From IMG/VR virus record IMGVR_UViG_3300035698_025391: 20,000 nucleotides of DNA. One strand, written 5' to 3'. Origin of the DNA: an uncultured virus (IMG/VR IMGVR_UViG_3300035698_025391). Taxonomy: Duplodnaviria > Heunggongvirae > Uroviricota > Caudoviricetes. Each line of letters begins with the position of its first letter. The first letter of the stretch is position 1. Below are positions 1-7,415 of this stretch, piece by piece. Position numbers and translations under genes: made by a program. The notes under the pieces were generated by a model, which made no database searches, was not told the DNA's origin, and saw nothing but the letters and a program-made list of their open reading frames with translations.

Positions 1-198
1 GATTCTTATAGAATCTGTGAAAGATGTGGCCGATCTGGTCATCCCCAACACGGCCATTGGAGAAGAACACTTTGCAATTGGTGTGAAGTTGCCGGTCGCA
101 TTGAGGATCTCAAATGGAATCTCAAGACACTCAAACACGTGAGGAGCCGGGATGTCAGACGAGCAGTTATTGTTCCATCTCCATTTCAAGATCACTGA
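1..198 (+). CDS. 5'-truncated Cys-rich phage hypothetical protein
   Basis: Frame 1 open from window start to TGA 196-198: DSYRICERCGRSGHPQHGHWRRTLCNWC..., CxxC...W..TLCxxC pattern common in phage proteins. Confidence 0.6.
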   Translation, partial: DSYRICERCGRSGHPQHGHWRRTLCNWCEVAGRIEDLKWNLKTLKHVRSRDVRRAVIVPSPFQDH

Positions 199-586
199 AA
201 ACGGGATGGTGTTCCCCTACCAGAACGAAATCGAGAATCTGATGATGGAATTGGGTATGGACTGTGCTGGGATAGGTGAAAAGGAGATTTATTTAGGGCC
301 AGGAGTTTATATTCAATATCGCACAGAGCCTCATGGCTGGCATCTCTTCCGCGATCCGAACGAGGATGAATACGACGCAACGACCGGCCAGTGGGTAGGT
401 TGGAGATTTCAACGTCAAAAGGGGGTGACACCTATGGATGAAGAGAAGATCAAAGCTTTGGAAACAAAGGGATTCATGTTCGGAACCGTTCAGCAATTAT
501 TGAACTTGACCGACGAAGAAATGGCAATTGTCGAAGAGAAAACCGCTGTTGCTCTCAAAGCAACAAAAAATCCGAAAGAGAAGTGA
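152..586 (+). CDS. hypothetical protein; C-terminal part resembles the N-terminal arm of XRE/HigA-type antitoxins
   Basis: ORF with GAGGAG RBS; in-frame ATG at 434 has its own RBS (GGGGGTGA). Confidence 0.6.
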   Translation: MSDEQLLFHLHFKITENGMVFPYQNEIENLMMELGMDCAGIGEKEIYLGPGVYIQYRTEPHGWHLFRDPNEDEYDATTGQWVGWRFQRQKGVTPMDEEKIKALETKGFMFGTVQQLLNLTDEEMAIVEEKTAVALKATKNPKEK

Positions 587-595
587 ATAATAATC

Positions 596-679
596 GCCGA
601 AGTGGTGTAATTGGCAGGCACGCCAGCCTAAGGAGCTGGTGACCGCAAGGTCGTGCGAGTTCAAATCTCGCCTTCGGCA
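596..679 (+). tRNA. tRNA-Leu(AAG)
   Basis: Acceptor GCCGAAG/CTTCGGC, A73, anticodon arm CCAGC-CTAAGGA-GCTGG, long variable arm GACC-GCAA-GGTC, T loop TTCAAAT; CCA not encoded. Confidence 0.92.
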
Positions 680-699
680 CACTCTAACAGGAGATAGGT

Positions 700-945
700 A
701 TGAATGAATTTGAGATTACATTACTGATTATTGGTTTAATATTCGGCGGTGGTACTATCATCAACGCAGTGATCGACCAGATCACCGTCACCGATATTAT
801 ACTCACACTTGCTGCAATTATCCTTGGTATTGTGAGTAAGGTACTGTTCTGGCCCATTCGCATGTTGCGTAAAAATGGCAACCACGCCCAGACAAAAAAG
901 AAAACAGGGCCCGAAGTGAATATGGTCCAACTGAAGAGATGGTAA
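700..945 (+). CDS. small membrane protein (two hydrophobic segments, basic tail)
   Basis: AGGAG RBS; hydrophobic stretches ITLLIIGLIFGGG and IILTLAAIILGIV. Confidence 0.75.
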   Translation: MNEFEITLLIIGLIFGGGTIINAVIDQITVTDIILTLAAIILGIVSKVLFWPIRMLRKNGNHAQTKKKTGPEVNMVQLKRW

Positions 946-950
946 AATAT

Positions 951-1026
951 AGGGGTATAGTTCAGCTGGTAGAACAACAGGCTTTGGTCCTGTAGCTCGA
1001 TGGTTCGAGTCCATCTACCCCTTCCA
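951..1026 (+). tRNA. tRNA-Gln(TTG)
   Basis: Acceptor AGGGGTA/TACCCCT, D stem GTTC/GAAC, ACAGG-CTTTGGT-CCTGT, GATGG-TTCGAGT-CCATC, encoded CCA. Confidence 0.95.
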
Positions 1027-1078
1027 GGCCCGCCTGATATGTGAGAGGGGTCTGTCTTATAGCATATCAGGTTTCGCC

Positions 1079-1152
1079 GCGATGTTAGCTTAATTCACCG
1101 AGAACGGGCTCTCGCAAGTCAGATTGTGGTATTGGTAATCCACAACATCGCA
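1079..1152 (+). ncRNA. degenerate tRNA-like element
   Basis: 74 nt; GCGATGT/ACATCGC acceptor-like stem, TAGCT after it, TGTGG/CCACA T-like stem with 10-nt loop; no canonical anticodon arm. Confidence 0.45.
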
Positions 1153-1179
1153 TCAAATTTTCAAAGGGGTAGTGGAAAT

Positions 1180-1860
1180 ATGGCCTATTGTATACTACAT
1201 CAAGATTTTCCGCATAGAATAAGAGTAGCCGTCGGCGGTGTCGTCCACGCAGCTCAAGCTAAATCTGAAGACATCGAGGTAGCCCTGGAAGTGTGTAAGA
1301 AAGGGCAAGTTGAGGGAGTAAGATTCGGTGGTCATGATACAGCCATTCATAGGGTCAAATTTGCCTGTTCACATGACTTGATAAAAGGTTCACATTACGT
1401 GTCCCATGACGGAAGTGGCGGACCTAAATGGAAGGGCAAAGGGCACTATGTTCATACACTTTGTAAAGATGCTGTGCTATTGTCCAATGACACCCCGATC
1501 ACCTGTAAGAACTGTCTTGCCAACATGGGTGACGAAGACCATGTCAAAAAGTACACACATCGCTGGGTAATCCAAGATTCAGACGGTTTCTTCCTGAAAG
1601 CACGAACTTGGTCTAAACACAGTCGTACCACTGAACCTGCCGATGCTAAACTCTATCGTGTAAAGGGGGCTACCAGTTTCATCAACAGTTATACTGTGTT
1701 CCTGGGTCCAAGGGGTGAGGAAATAACTCGCGAAGAGTACTACAACGCCAATTACAGAACACGCTTGGAGGAAGGGTACGGAAAAGTAAGACGCATGGGA
1801 AACGAATACAAGATAAGAAAGGTCATTGTCACTCTTGCCGATAACGACAATGACGAATAA
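1180..1860 (+). CDS. hypothetical protein (His/Cys-rich, TCKNC motif)
   Basis: Long ORF; ATG 1180 preferred because the upstream GTG start overlaps the tRNA-like element. Confidence 0.75.
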   Translation: MAYCILHQDFPHRIRVAVGGVVHAAQAKSEDIEVALEVCKKGQVEGVRFGGHDTAIHRVKFACSHDLIKGSHYVSHDGSGGPKWKGKGHYVHTLCKDAVLLSNDTPITCKNCLANMGDEDHVKKYTHRWVIQDSDGFFLKARTWSKHSRTTEPADAKLYRVKGATSFINSYTVFLGPRGEEITREEYYNANYRTRLEEGYGKVRRMGNEYKIRKVIVTLADNDNDE

Positions 1861-1893
1861 CGCCCTTCGGGGCACAACTCAAGGAGAGATGTC

Positions 1894-2280
1894 ATGCCAT
1901 TGTATGGAAAAGGAAAAGACGCAGTCGACAGAGATCAGGTGATCACCATGCTGACCAAAATGGCCAGTATAGGCGACAAGGCCGTTTACATGAAGGTCTA
2001 CAAAATCAGACCAGAAGAAGTCGCCGAGCGTATGGGGGCCATTGCGGCCGGGGAGCACGATGGAAACTTCGTGTTCGGAAGCAGTAAACCCGACACCATT
2101 GCCATGGCTAATGTTGCCGGTATGGACGAACATGACATCGCCATCGCGGAAATCAATGAGGGTTGGTACGACCGGTTCAGCATTGTCATGGCATCCCTCG
2201 GCCTTCTGATCTTGATCGAACTCAACCTCGTGATGTACTCCGATCGTATATTGCTGTACTTCCAACGCGTGTTCGGATGA
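1894..2280 (+). CDS. hypothetical protein
   Basis: AAGGAG RBS; ATGA overlap with next gene. Confidence 0.75.
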   Translation: MPLYGKGKDAVDRDQVITMLTKMASIGDKAVYMKVYKIRPEEVAERMGAIAAGEHDGNFVFGSSKPDTIAMANVAGMDEHDIAIAEINEGWYDRFSIVMASLGLLILIELNLVMYSDRILLYFQRVFG

Positions 2281-2711
2281 AAATACTCGTATATCCGAGA
2301 GTGGAGGTGGAGAAACTCTTGAAGGAGACCGTCCTTGACGAGAGAGTAGCCATCGTTTCCATTTGTGAGCCGGTAGCGGAACCAATCAGATTCGATGCTT
2401 CCAAACATACCTGTCTATTCTACCCGGTAGCATTTCATGATATGGACAAGCCATTGGACGGATACATACTCATCGATAAAGTACTGGCCAGAGGCATAGC
2501 GGGATTCGTCGATGTAGCGATTGACAATGGTGTTAAAATATTGTTATGTCATTGTACTGCCGGCATATCCCGCAGTGCCGGTGTTGCAGCAGCCGTAGCC
2601 AAGTATTATTTCAATGATGACAACGAGTATTTTAAACGATATTCACCAAACAGGCTTGTATATCGTTTGATACTTGAAGCATTAAATGAAAGGGGGAGGA
2701 GGAGTAGTTGA
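2277..2711 (+). CDS. protein tyrosine / dual-specificity phosphatase family (CX5R)
   Basis: Catalytic loop HCTAGISRS, upstream FHD acid loop, C-terminal SPNRLV; start at ATGA overlap 2277. Confidence 0.9.
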   Translation: MKILVYPRVEVEKLLKETVLDERVAIVSICEPVAEPIRFDASKHTCLFYPVAFHDMDKPLDGYILIDKVLARGIAGFVDVAIDNGVKILLCHCTAGISRSAGVAAAVAKYYFNDDNEYFKRYSPNRLVYRLILEALNERGRRSS

Positions 2712-3103
2712 TGACAAATAACAAAAAGCCACTCGGAATGTATCCACTGCCGCCACCGCCACCCCCGCCAATAAGTTTAAGCGGGAGCCCACAAAAGGAA
2801 AAGCCCATGGAAGATGCAAACAGCGTTCATAAAGCATTCGCAGAGGCCATTCGGGCCTCTAGATCTACCAGTCGAACTTCTCACAGGCTACTCATCGTAA
2901 TGGCCGGGCTTACTGGCATTCCATGGGAAAGAGTCAAGATGCTCAAACTCGACTGGAAAGTTCTGGAGCTAAACGATGAAGAGCTTTCGGTACCAGTCAT
3001 AAATGTAATGATGCATGACGGTACCGGTGGGACAATTTCAGATGAGCCCGAAGTTCCCAAACCTGCCGGACCAATCACCGATAATGATCGCGGCCCTGGA
3101 TGA
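2708..3103 (+). CDS. hypothetical protein with N-terminal poly-proline tract
   Basis: GGAGGAGG RBS; PPPPPPP tract; alternative internal start at MEDANS. Confidence 0.65.
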   Translation: MMTNNKKPLGMYPLPPPPPPPISLSGSPQKEKPMEDANSVHKAFAEAIRASRSTSRTSHRLLIVMAGLTGIPWERVKMLKLDWKVLELNDEELSVPVINVMMHDGTGGTISDEPEVPKPAGPITDNDRGPG

Positions 3104-3312
3104 TAAATAAGGAGAATGGATCATTGAAGGTTATTATTATCGTCAAGAGCTGCGGTGAATGCCCCTATAAAAAGGATAATGACGGTATGGGTCATGGCGG
3201 ATCTTTCGTCAAGTGTGAGAAATTTAACATTATGCTCAGGGATGAAGACGGACCTGAACATTTTGATTTGAGTAAAATTCATCCCAAATGCAAGTTTCCA
3301 AAAAGGTATTAG
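3100..3312 (+). CDS. small Cys-rich phage protein
   Basis: SCGECPY...C...IHPKCKF; ATGA overlap. Confidence 0.7.
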   Translation: MINKENGSLKVIIIVKSCGECPYKKDNDGMGHGGSFVKCEKFNIMLRDEDGPEHFDLSKIHPKCKFPKRY

Positions 3313-3318
3313 CAAACT

Positions 3319-3406
3319 GCCAGAGTGGCGAAACTAGGTATACGCGTAAGACTTAGGATCTTATGAGCCTCGGCTCGTGGGGGTTCGATTCCCCCCTCTG
3401 GCACCA
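3319..3406 (+). tRNA. tRNA-Leu(TAG)
   Basis: GCCAGAG/CTCTGGC, TAAGA-CTTAGGA-TCTTA, long variable arm GAGCC-TC-GGCTC, GGGGG-TTCGATT-CCCCC, ACCA end. Confidence 0.96.
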
Positions 3407-3410
3407 ATTA

Positions 3411-3474
3411 GGAAGGTATGATAGTGTCTAGGGCGACGGCTGAAGGACACGTAGGTTTAACTCCTACCCTTCCA
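3411..3474 (+). ncRNA. miniature tRNA-like RNA lacking a D arm
   Basis: GGAAGG/CCTTCC stem stacked on GTAGG-TTTAACT-CCTAC T arm; central GTGTC/GACAC stem. Confidence 0.5.
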
Positions 3475-3502
3475 TAACACAAAAGGAGAGGATGGAATTA
3501 GC

Positions 3503-3694
3503 ATGAATAAAACGGAGTTGAAAAGGTCCCTCTTTGGGGGCATCAGCCTCGTCATGCAGAAGAATGGGGCATTTGCCTGGGTTACTTTTGAGGAAATTGC
3601 TTCATACTACGAAGACGGTTTTACACTACTCAACGATGACAAACACACTCTTTACAAAAGGCGAGGAAAAGATGGCAATCGGCGAGAAGTATGA
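3503..3694 (+). CDS. hypothetical protein
   Basis: ORF preceded by AGGAGAGGATGGA purine tract. Confidence 0.6.
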   Translation: MNKTELKRSLFGGISLVMQKNGAFAWVTFEEIASYYEDGFTLLNDDKHTLYKRRGKDGNRREV

Positions 3695-3866
3695 AAGTCT
3701 TGAAGAATTAGCTGAATCTTTGCGTACATTACCAATCAATTGGCATCGTGTCAGAGAATTGGGCATCGTATGGGCCAGACACCAGACACATTTTGACGAA
3801 GACAATCGGGCCGTGGCTAAAGTGTTTCCAAATGTTCGCATAGTCTTTCACGATCCCCCTCACTAA
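3672..3866 (+). CDS. hypothetical protein (probable paralog of 2708..3103 core)
   Basis: GAGG RBS before ATG 3672; motif INWHRVRELGIVW...PNVRIVFHD. Confidence 0.65.
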   Translation: MAIGEKYESLEELAESLRTLPINWHRVRELGIVWARHQTHFDEDNRAVAKVFPNVRIVFHDPPH

Positions 3867-3886
3867 TCCTCCACGGACGAATAATA

Positions 3887-4144
3887 ATGTATATCCACAA
3901 CTTTATTTCCCCCAATATCGATGAAAAGGATTTAGAACTCTTCTTTGGTCCCCTCATCTCTGACGATAGTTTCGTCACAATCCAACCGAATTGGCTAATG
4001 GCTCACATAACATATCGGGCCGGTCTGTTCCAGTCTATATCACAGGCCAGGAAAAACGGGTGGAACAAACCGATTCCGTCCGGTTTCAGTGAGCATATTA
4101 TTGGCAAAAAAAGAATTCATGTATACATTTTCAATTTACTATGA
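3887..4144 (+). CDS. stand-alone S4-like putative RNA-binding protein
   Basis: AGLFQSISQARK...IGKKR resembles the S4-like C-terminal domain of tyrosyl-tRNA synthetase. Confidence 0.55.
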   Translation: MYIHNFISPNIDEKDLELFFGPLISDDSFVTIQPNWLMAHITYRAGLFQSISQARKNGWNKPIPSGFSEHIIGKKRIHVYIFNLL

Positions 4145-4156
4145 GGGGAGGGGGAA

Positions 4157-4402
4157 ATGACACTTTTGTTACCATGGACTGGTTTGTCAGAAATTGAATG
4201 TAGCTTGATAGATTACAAAATCAAAACGTTTCCAAATGGATTTGACCATGAAGTGCCAGGGGAGAGATTTTCTGCTCTGAAGCTCCATCTGAACAGTCTT
4301 GGTCTATTTTGGTATAGGGTAACTACCTGGAGTGAAAAGAGTGTATGCTTCAGCGTTTGTACAACATATGATCTTCTTCAGAGAAGGGAACGCTACCGAT
4401 GA
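4157..4402 (+). CDS. hypothetical protein
   Basis: GAGGGGAGG RBS; ATGA overlap with next gene. Confidence 0.65.
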   Translation: MTLLLPWTGLSEIECSLIDYKIKTFPNGFDHEVPGERFSALKLHLNSLGLFWYRVTTWSEKSVCFSVCTTYDLLQRRERYR

Positions 4403-4821
4403 ATCAAATGACAAGGAGAATTGCTATGACATCACTGTTCAAACCAGAGACTCGTGCAAAACTGCTCAAAGAGATCAGATCAAAAGGTTCCGGAACCCAT
4501 TATATGGTATTAACCGACCAGGCGGAAAGCCTTCGGTCAGCAATTTCTGAAGTGGGCTTGGTGGTGAAAGAACAAGACCAACTGGGGGCACAAATCGTCA
4601 GAATTACCCGTAGAAACGCTAATTGGAAAGAGCGATTTGCAGCTTTGGTGGAATTCTTCACTCCTGGTGAGGATGGTGAAATGTTGGTATGGCGAGGCAC
4701 CAAAGTGCCCCTACAGGCCCATAATGAATTCGTCAAACAATGTCAAGTCCTCATTGACGGCGATGACGTTGGCAACACCGAAGGCCGATATCCGGTGGTG
4801 GTTATCTCGGCAATGTCGTAA
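4399..4821 (+). CDS. hypothetical protein
   Basis: 140-aa ORF; may start at MTSLFK after AAGGAG. Confidence 0.7.
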   Translation: MNQMTRRIAMTSLFKPETRAKLLKEIRSKGSGTHYMVLTDQAESLRSAISEVGLVVKEQDQLGAQIVRITRRNANWKERFAALVEFFTPGEDGEMLVWRGTKVPLQAHNEFVKQCQVLIDGDDVGNTEGRYPVVVISAMS

Positions 4822-4829
4822 TCAAGATC

Positions 4830-4998
4830 GGAGCGGTGGCGGAGTAAGCAGTGGAGATAAGAACTCCAGTTAAAAAAATATTGCTCGGTATACGCTGGCC
4901 AACAGCACCAGAGTGACCCTTTCCGGAGAGGGACTGCCCGCCGTGAACTTCAGCGGCAAATTTCACTCATGCAGGTTCGAATCCTGTCCGCTCCACCA
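4830..4998 (+). ncRNA. oversized (169 nt) Leu-type tRNA-like RNA with inserted domains
   Basis: GGAGCGG/CCGCTCC + ACCA; GCAGG-TTCGAAT-CCTGT; TGGCGGA...GGTATACGC D-arm flanks; insertions in D loop and variable arm. Confidence 0.8.
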
Positions 4999-5026
4999 GT
5001 TTTAACAATAAGGTAGTGGTATTACT

Positions 5027-5215
5027 ATGACGAAATATAATCATGCATACGATATAGCATTTGAGGTTATTAGTGAGGACCCTAAAGATGCGACAAAGGA
5101 ACAAATTTTTGCTGGTCTATTAAGAAGAACGACGGACCTACTTCAAAATGGGGATGAGCTATTGGAAGCAGTAGGTATGCCATCCGACACTTACGAGATT
5201 GAGGAGAAAACATGA
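5027..5215 (+). CDS. small acidic hypothetical protein
   Basis: ORF with ATGA overlap to rtcB. Confidence 0.7.
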   Translation: MTKYNHAYDIAFEVISEDPKDATKEQIFAGLLRRTTDLLQNGDELLEAVGMPSDTYEIEEKT

Positions 5216-6528
5216 TCAAAATTGAAGCCGGACAGGTATTACTCTTGGACACCGGCAAAGGGATGAGAAAGTTCACAGCAGGTTCACCAATCGTTATCTT
5301 TTCAAACGAAGTCGAAGATGGGGCTATGATACAGCTACTAGACGCTTCCAATCACCCCTGTCTTTTTAAACATCCTGCGGCTATGCCTGATGTTCACAAG
5401 GGCTACGGTCTGCCCATTGGGGGCGTCGTAGCCTTCCACGATGGAGTCAGCCCCTATTGTGTAGGTAAGGATAAGGGTTGTGGCATGCACTTCGTCCTGC
5501 TCAACTACAAATGGGAGAATATCACCACAGATCAGATCATACTTATCAGACAGCTAATTCGGAAGGCCATTCCGATGGGAATGGGCAAAGTCCATGAGCT
5601 ACGACAGGCCTGGAACGGTTTTTCTGATTACCTAAACAGCTTCCGTGCCAGTCCTGCGGCCCAGGGGCCGGAGCTTATCGACACAAAGAAGTGGAACTGG
5701 GTCCACCGTAGTTTGGGTACACTGGGTGGGGGAAACCATTTCGTAGAACTCCAGGCGGCTTCCAATGGCGGCCTTGGAGCTATGATTCATTCAGGTTCGA
5801 GGAACTTGGGCGAAATGTTCTGTACTCACCATCATGGAATTGCCTTGGAACACAACAAGCGATGGAAGACCAACCTGCCTTCCGAAAATCTCGCATTCCT
5901 TCCCACCGGTACCCGACTATGTGAGGATTATATACGTGACATGAACTTCGCCCTGGCCTTTGCTCGCGAAAGTCGTACTCGTATGATGAACGTTGTTCTC
6001 GAAATCATTGAAAGCGTTGTCGGAAGCTTCAAAGTTGAAAGACGTCATGATGTCCACCATAACTACGCCGCCCTGGAGAACCATATGGGCAGCAATGTGT
6101 GGATACATCGGAAAGGGGCCACTAGTGCCCGTAAGGACGAGGTAGGCATTATTCCTGGTTCTCAAGGATCTGCTTCATACATCGTGCGTGGCACTGGCAA
6201 CCCAATAGCCTTCATGTCCTGTCCTCACGGAGCTGGACGAGTCTCCAGTCGTACTGATGCCATCCGATTTCTTGATCCAGAGGCAGAGGCAAAGAAAATG
6301 GAGGGCATCGTCTATGATTCTCCCAAGGACACCGTTGTCAAAATTGGTGGTGAGCAGGTGGTCCGCAAAGACTTGGGTGAAAGTGCTGGAGCCTACAAGG
6401 ACATCAGCGTTGTCATGGAAAATGCCAAGCCCTTGTGCACTGTGGAGATTGAGTTACGTCCTCTAGGAAACATCAAGGGAGACGACGATCTTTTTCGTAA
6501 TAAGAAACTCAAGAAACTTGGACTGTAG
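5212..6528 (+). CDS. rtcB: RtcB family RNA ligase (3'-phosphate/5'-OH)
   Basis: Motifs MPDVHxGxGxPIGGV, DxGCGM, LGTLGGGNHFVE, IHSGSRNLG, HHNYA, HRKGAT, IIPGSQG, SCPHGAGR, AYKDI. Confidence 0.97.
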   Translation: MIKIEAGQVLLLDTGKGMRKFTAGSPIVIFSNEVEDGAMIQLLDASNHPCLFKHPAAMPDVHKGYGLPIGGVVAFHDGVSPYCVGKDKGCGMHFVLLNYKWENITTDQIILIRQLIRKAIPMGMGKVHELRQAWNGFSDYLNSFRASPAAQGPELIDTKKWNWVHRSLGTLGGGNHFVELQAASNGGLGAMIHSGSRNLGEMFCTHHHGIALEHNKRWKTNLPSENLAFLPTGTRLCEDYIRDMNFALAFARESRTRMMNVVLEIIESVVGSFKVERRHDVHHNYAALENHMGSNVWIHRKGATSARKDEVGIIPGSQGSASYIVRGTGNPIAFMSCPHGAGRVSSRTDAIRFLDPEAEAKKMEGIVYDSPKDTVVKIGGEQVVRKDLGESAGAYKDISVVMENAKPLCTVEIELRPLGNIKGDDDLFRNKKLKKLGL

Positions 6529-6541
6529 GAGGGAGGAACTT

Positions 6542-6685
6542 ATGAAAGATAATACGGAATGGCTTTGTAAACCCTGTAACTGGTTTACCTCCGAAAAGGC
6601 CCTTAAGCAACTGGAAAAAATGGGTGTTGTCAGCAAGCCTTGGAGTTGTCCAGAATGTAAGAGAAGATTGACGAAAGAGAAATAG
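6542..6685 (+). CDS. 47-aa zinc-ribbon microprotein (below ORF-track cutoff)
   Basis: GGAGG RBS; MKDNTEWLCKPCNW...WSCPECKRRLTKEK*. Confidence 0.7.
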   Translation: MKDNTEWLCKPCNWFTSEKALKQLEKMGVVSKPWSCPECKRRLTKEK

Positions 6686-6686
6686 T

Positions 6687-7040
6687 ATGCCATATGCAGA
6701 TGGATGTTGTATTGGCTGTGGGACGGTACTCGATGCGAGAGATAGAGATCCTAATGGAGACATGGGATGTGTTTGTGTCCGCTGTCATGCCGAGGAAAAA
6801 CATGATTTTGATGCGGAACCAGGAGTGAGTTTTGAACGGGATGGTACCGCTGTGTACGAGGCAGATATCCCACAGCCAAAGACAACTGTAGTCTGTGAAA
6901 TAACCGTTCTAGAAGGACTAATCTCCAAGCTTGGTGATTTCGGTGAGGAATTTGATGAGGAGCAAGACGCTGAAACTTTCTGGGCCGCTATTAACCATAC
7001 AACTAGTACTCTTACAAAGGTGCTTGAGGGGGGGGGCTGA
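6687..7040 (+). CDS. hypothetical protein with N-terminal CxxC...CxxC
   Basis: CIGC...CVRC followed by acidic region. Confidence 0.7.
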   Translation: MPYADGCCIGCGTVLDARDRDPNGDMGCVCVRCHAEEKHDFDAEPGVSFERDGTAVYEADIPQPKTTVVCEITVLEGLISKLGDFGEEFDEEQDAETFWAAINHTTSTLTKVLEGGG

Positions 7041-7041
7041 T

Positions 7042-7293
7042 ATGTCAGAAACAAGTGCGGTAGGTATCGAGAGGCTCAAAAAAGAGCTAGGTACCAGCCT
7101 GTTAAGTCTTAAAGATGAAGCTACCTACTCATACGCCGAAGGATGCAATGGTCCAGGCTATACGGGAAAGGAGTTGAAAGAGAACCCTGGGTTGGTGCAT
7201 TGGTTATATCTGCCAGGGTTTGAGATACACTTACCGGTGGCCGTACTCTCTACTGTACTTTGTAAGCTTTACAGAAGAGAGGTGAACGAATGA
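7042..7293 (+). CDS. hypothetical protein
   Basis: ATG 7042 after G-rich RBS; MSETSAVGIERL... Confidence 0.65.
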   Translation: MSETSAVGIERLKKELGTSLLSLKDEATYSYAEGCNGPGYTGKELKENPGLVHWLYLPGFEIHLPVAVLSTVLCKLYRREVNE

Positions 7294-7415
7294 TACAAAT
7301 TCTTGTATGTTTCACCATTGGTTTCGCAGTCGGCAAGTACTACAAACGTAAACCAAAACGCAATTTTTGGGACTGGGAGGCTTTGAAGAAAAGGATAAAT
7401 AACAATACCATATAA
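7290..7415 (+). CDS. 41-aa single-pass membrane microprotein
   Basis: GAGGTG RBS, ATGA overlap; MIQILVCFTIGFAVGKYYKRKPK... Confidence 0.6.
   Translation: MIQILVCFTIGFAVGKYYKRKPKRNFWDWEALKKRINNNTI

Noticed and set aside
1027..1076. tRNA-associated HDV-like (theta) ribozyme after tRNA-Gln
   Set aside because: Only a simple hairpin is visible; the nested double pseudoknot could not be built by eye
4830..4998. tmRNA interpretation of the giant tRNA-like RNA
   Set aside because: No G3:U70 alanine determinant (A3:U70), it retains D-stem flanks, is too short, and shows no tag reading frame
7028..7036. G9 homopolymer as a phase-variation tract
   Set aside because: Lies at the very end of an ORF and doubles as the next RBS; slippage cannot be assessed without reads
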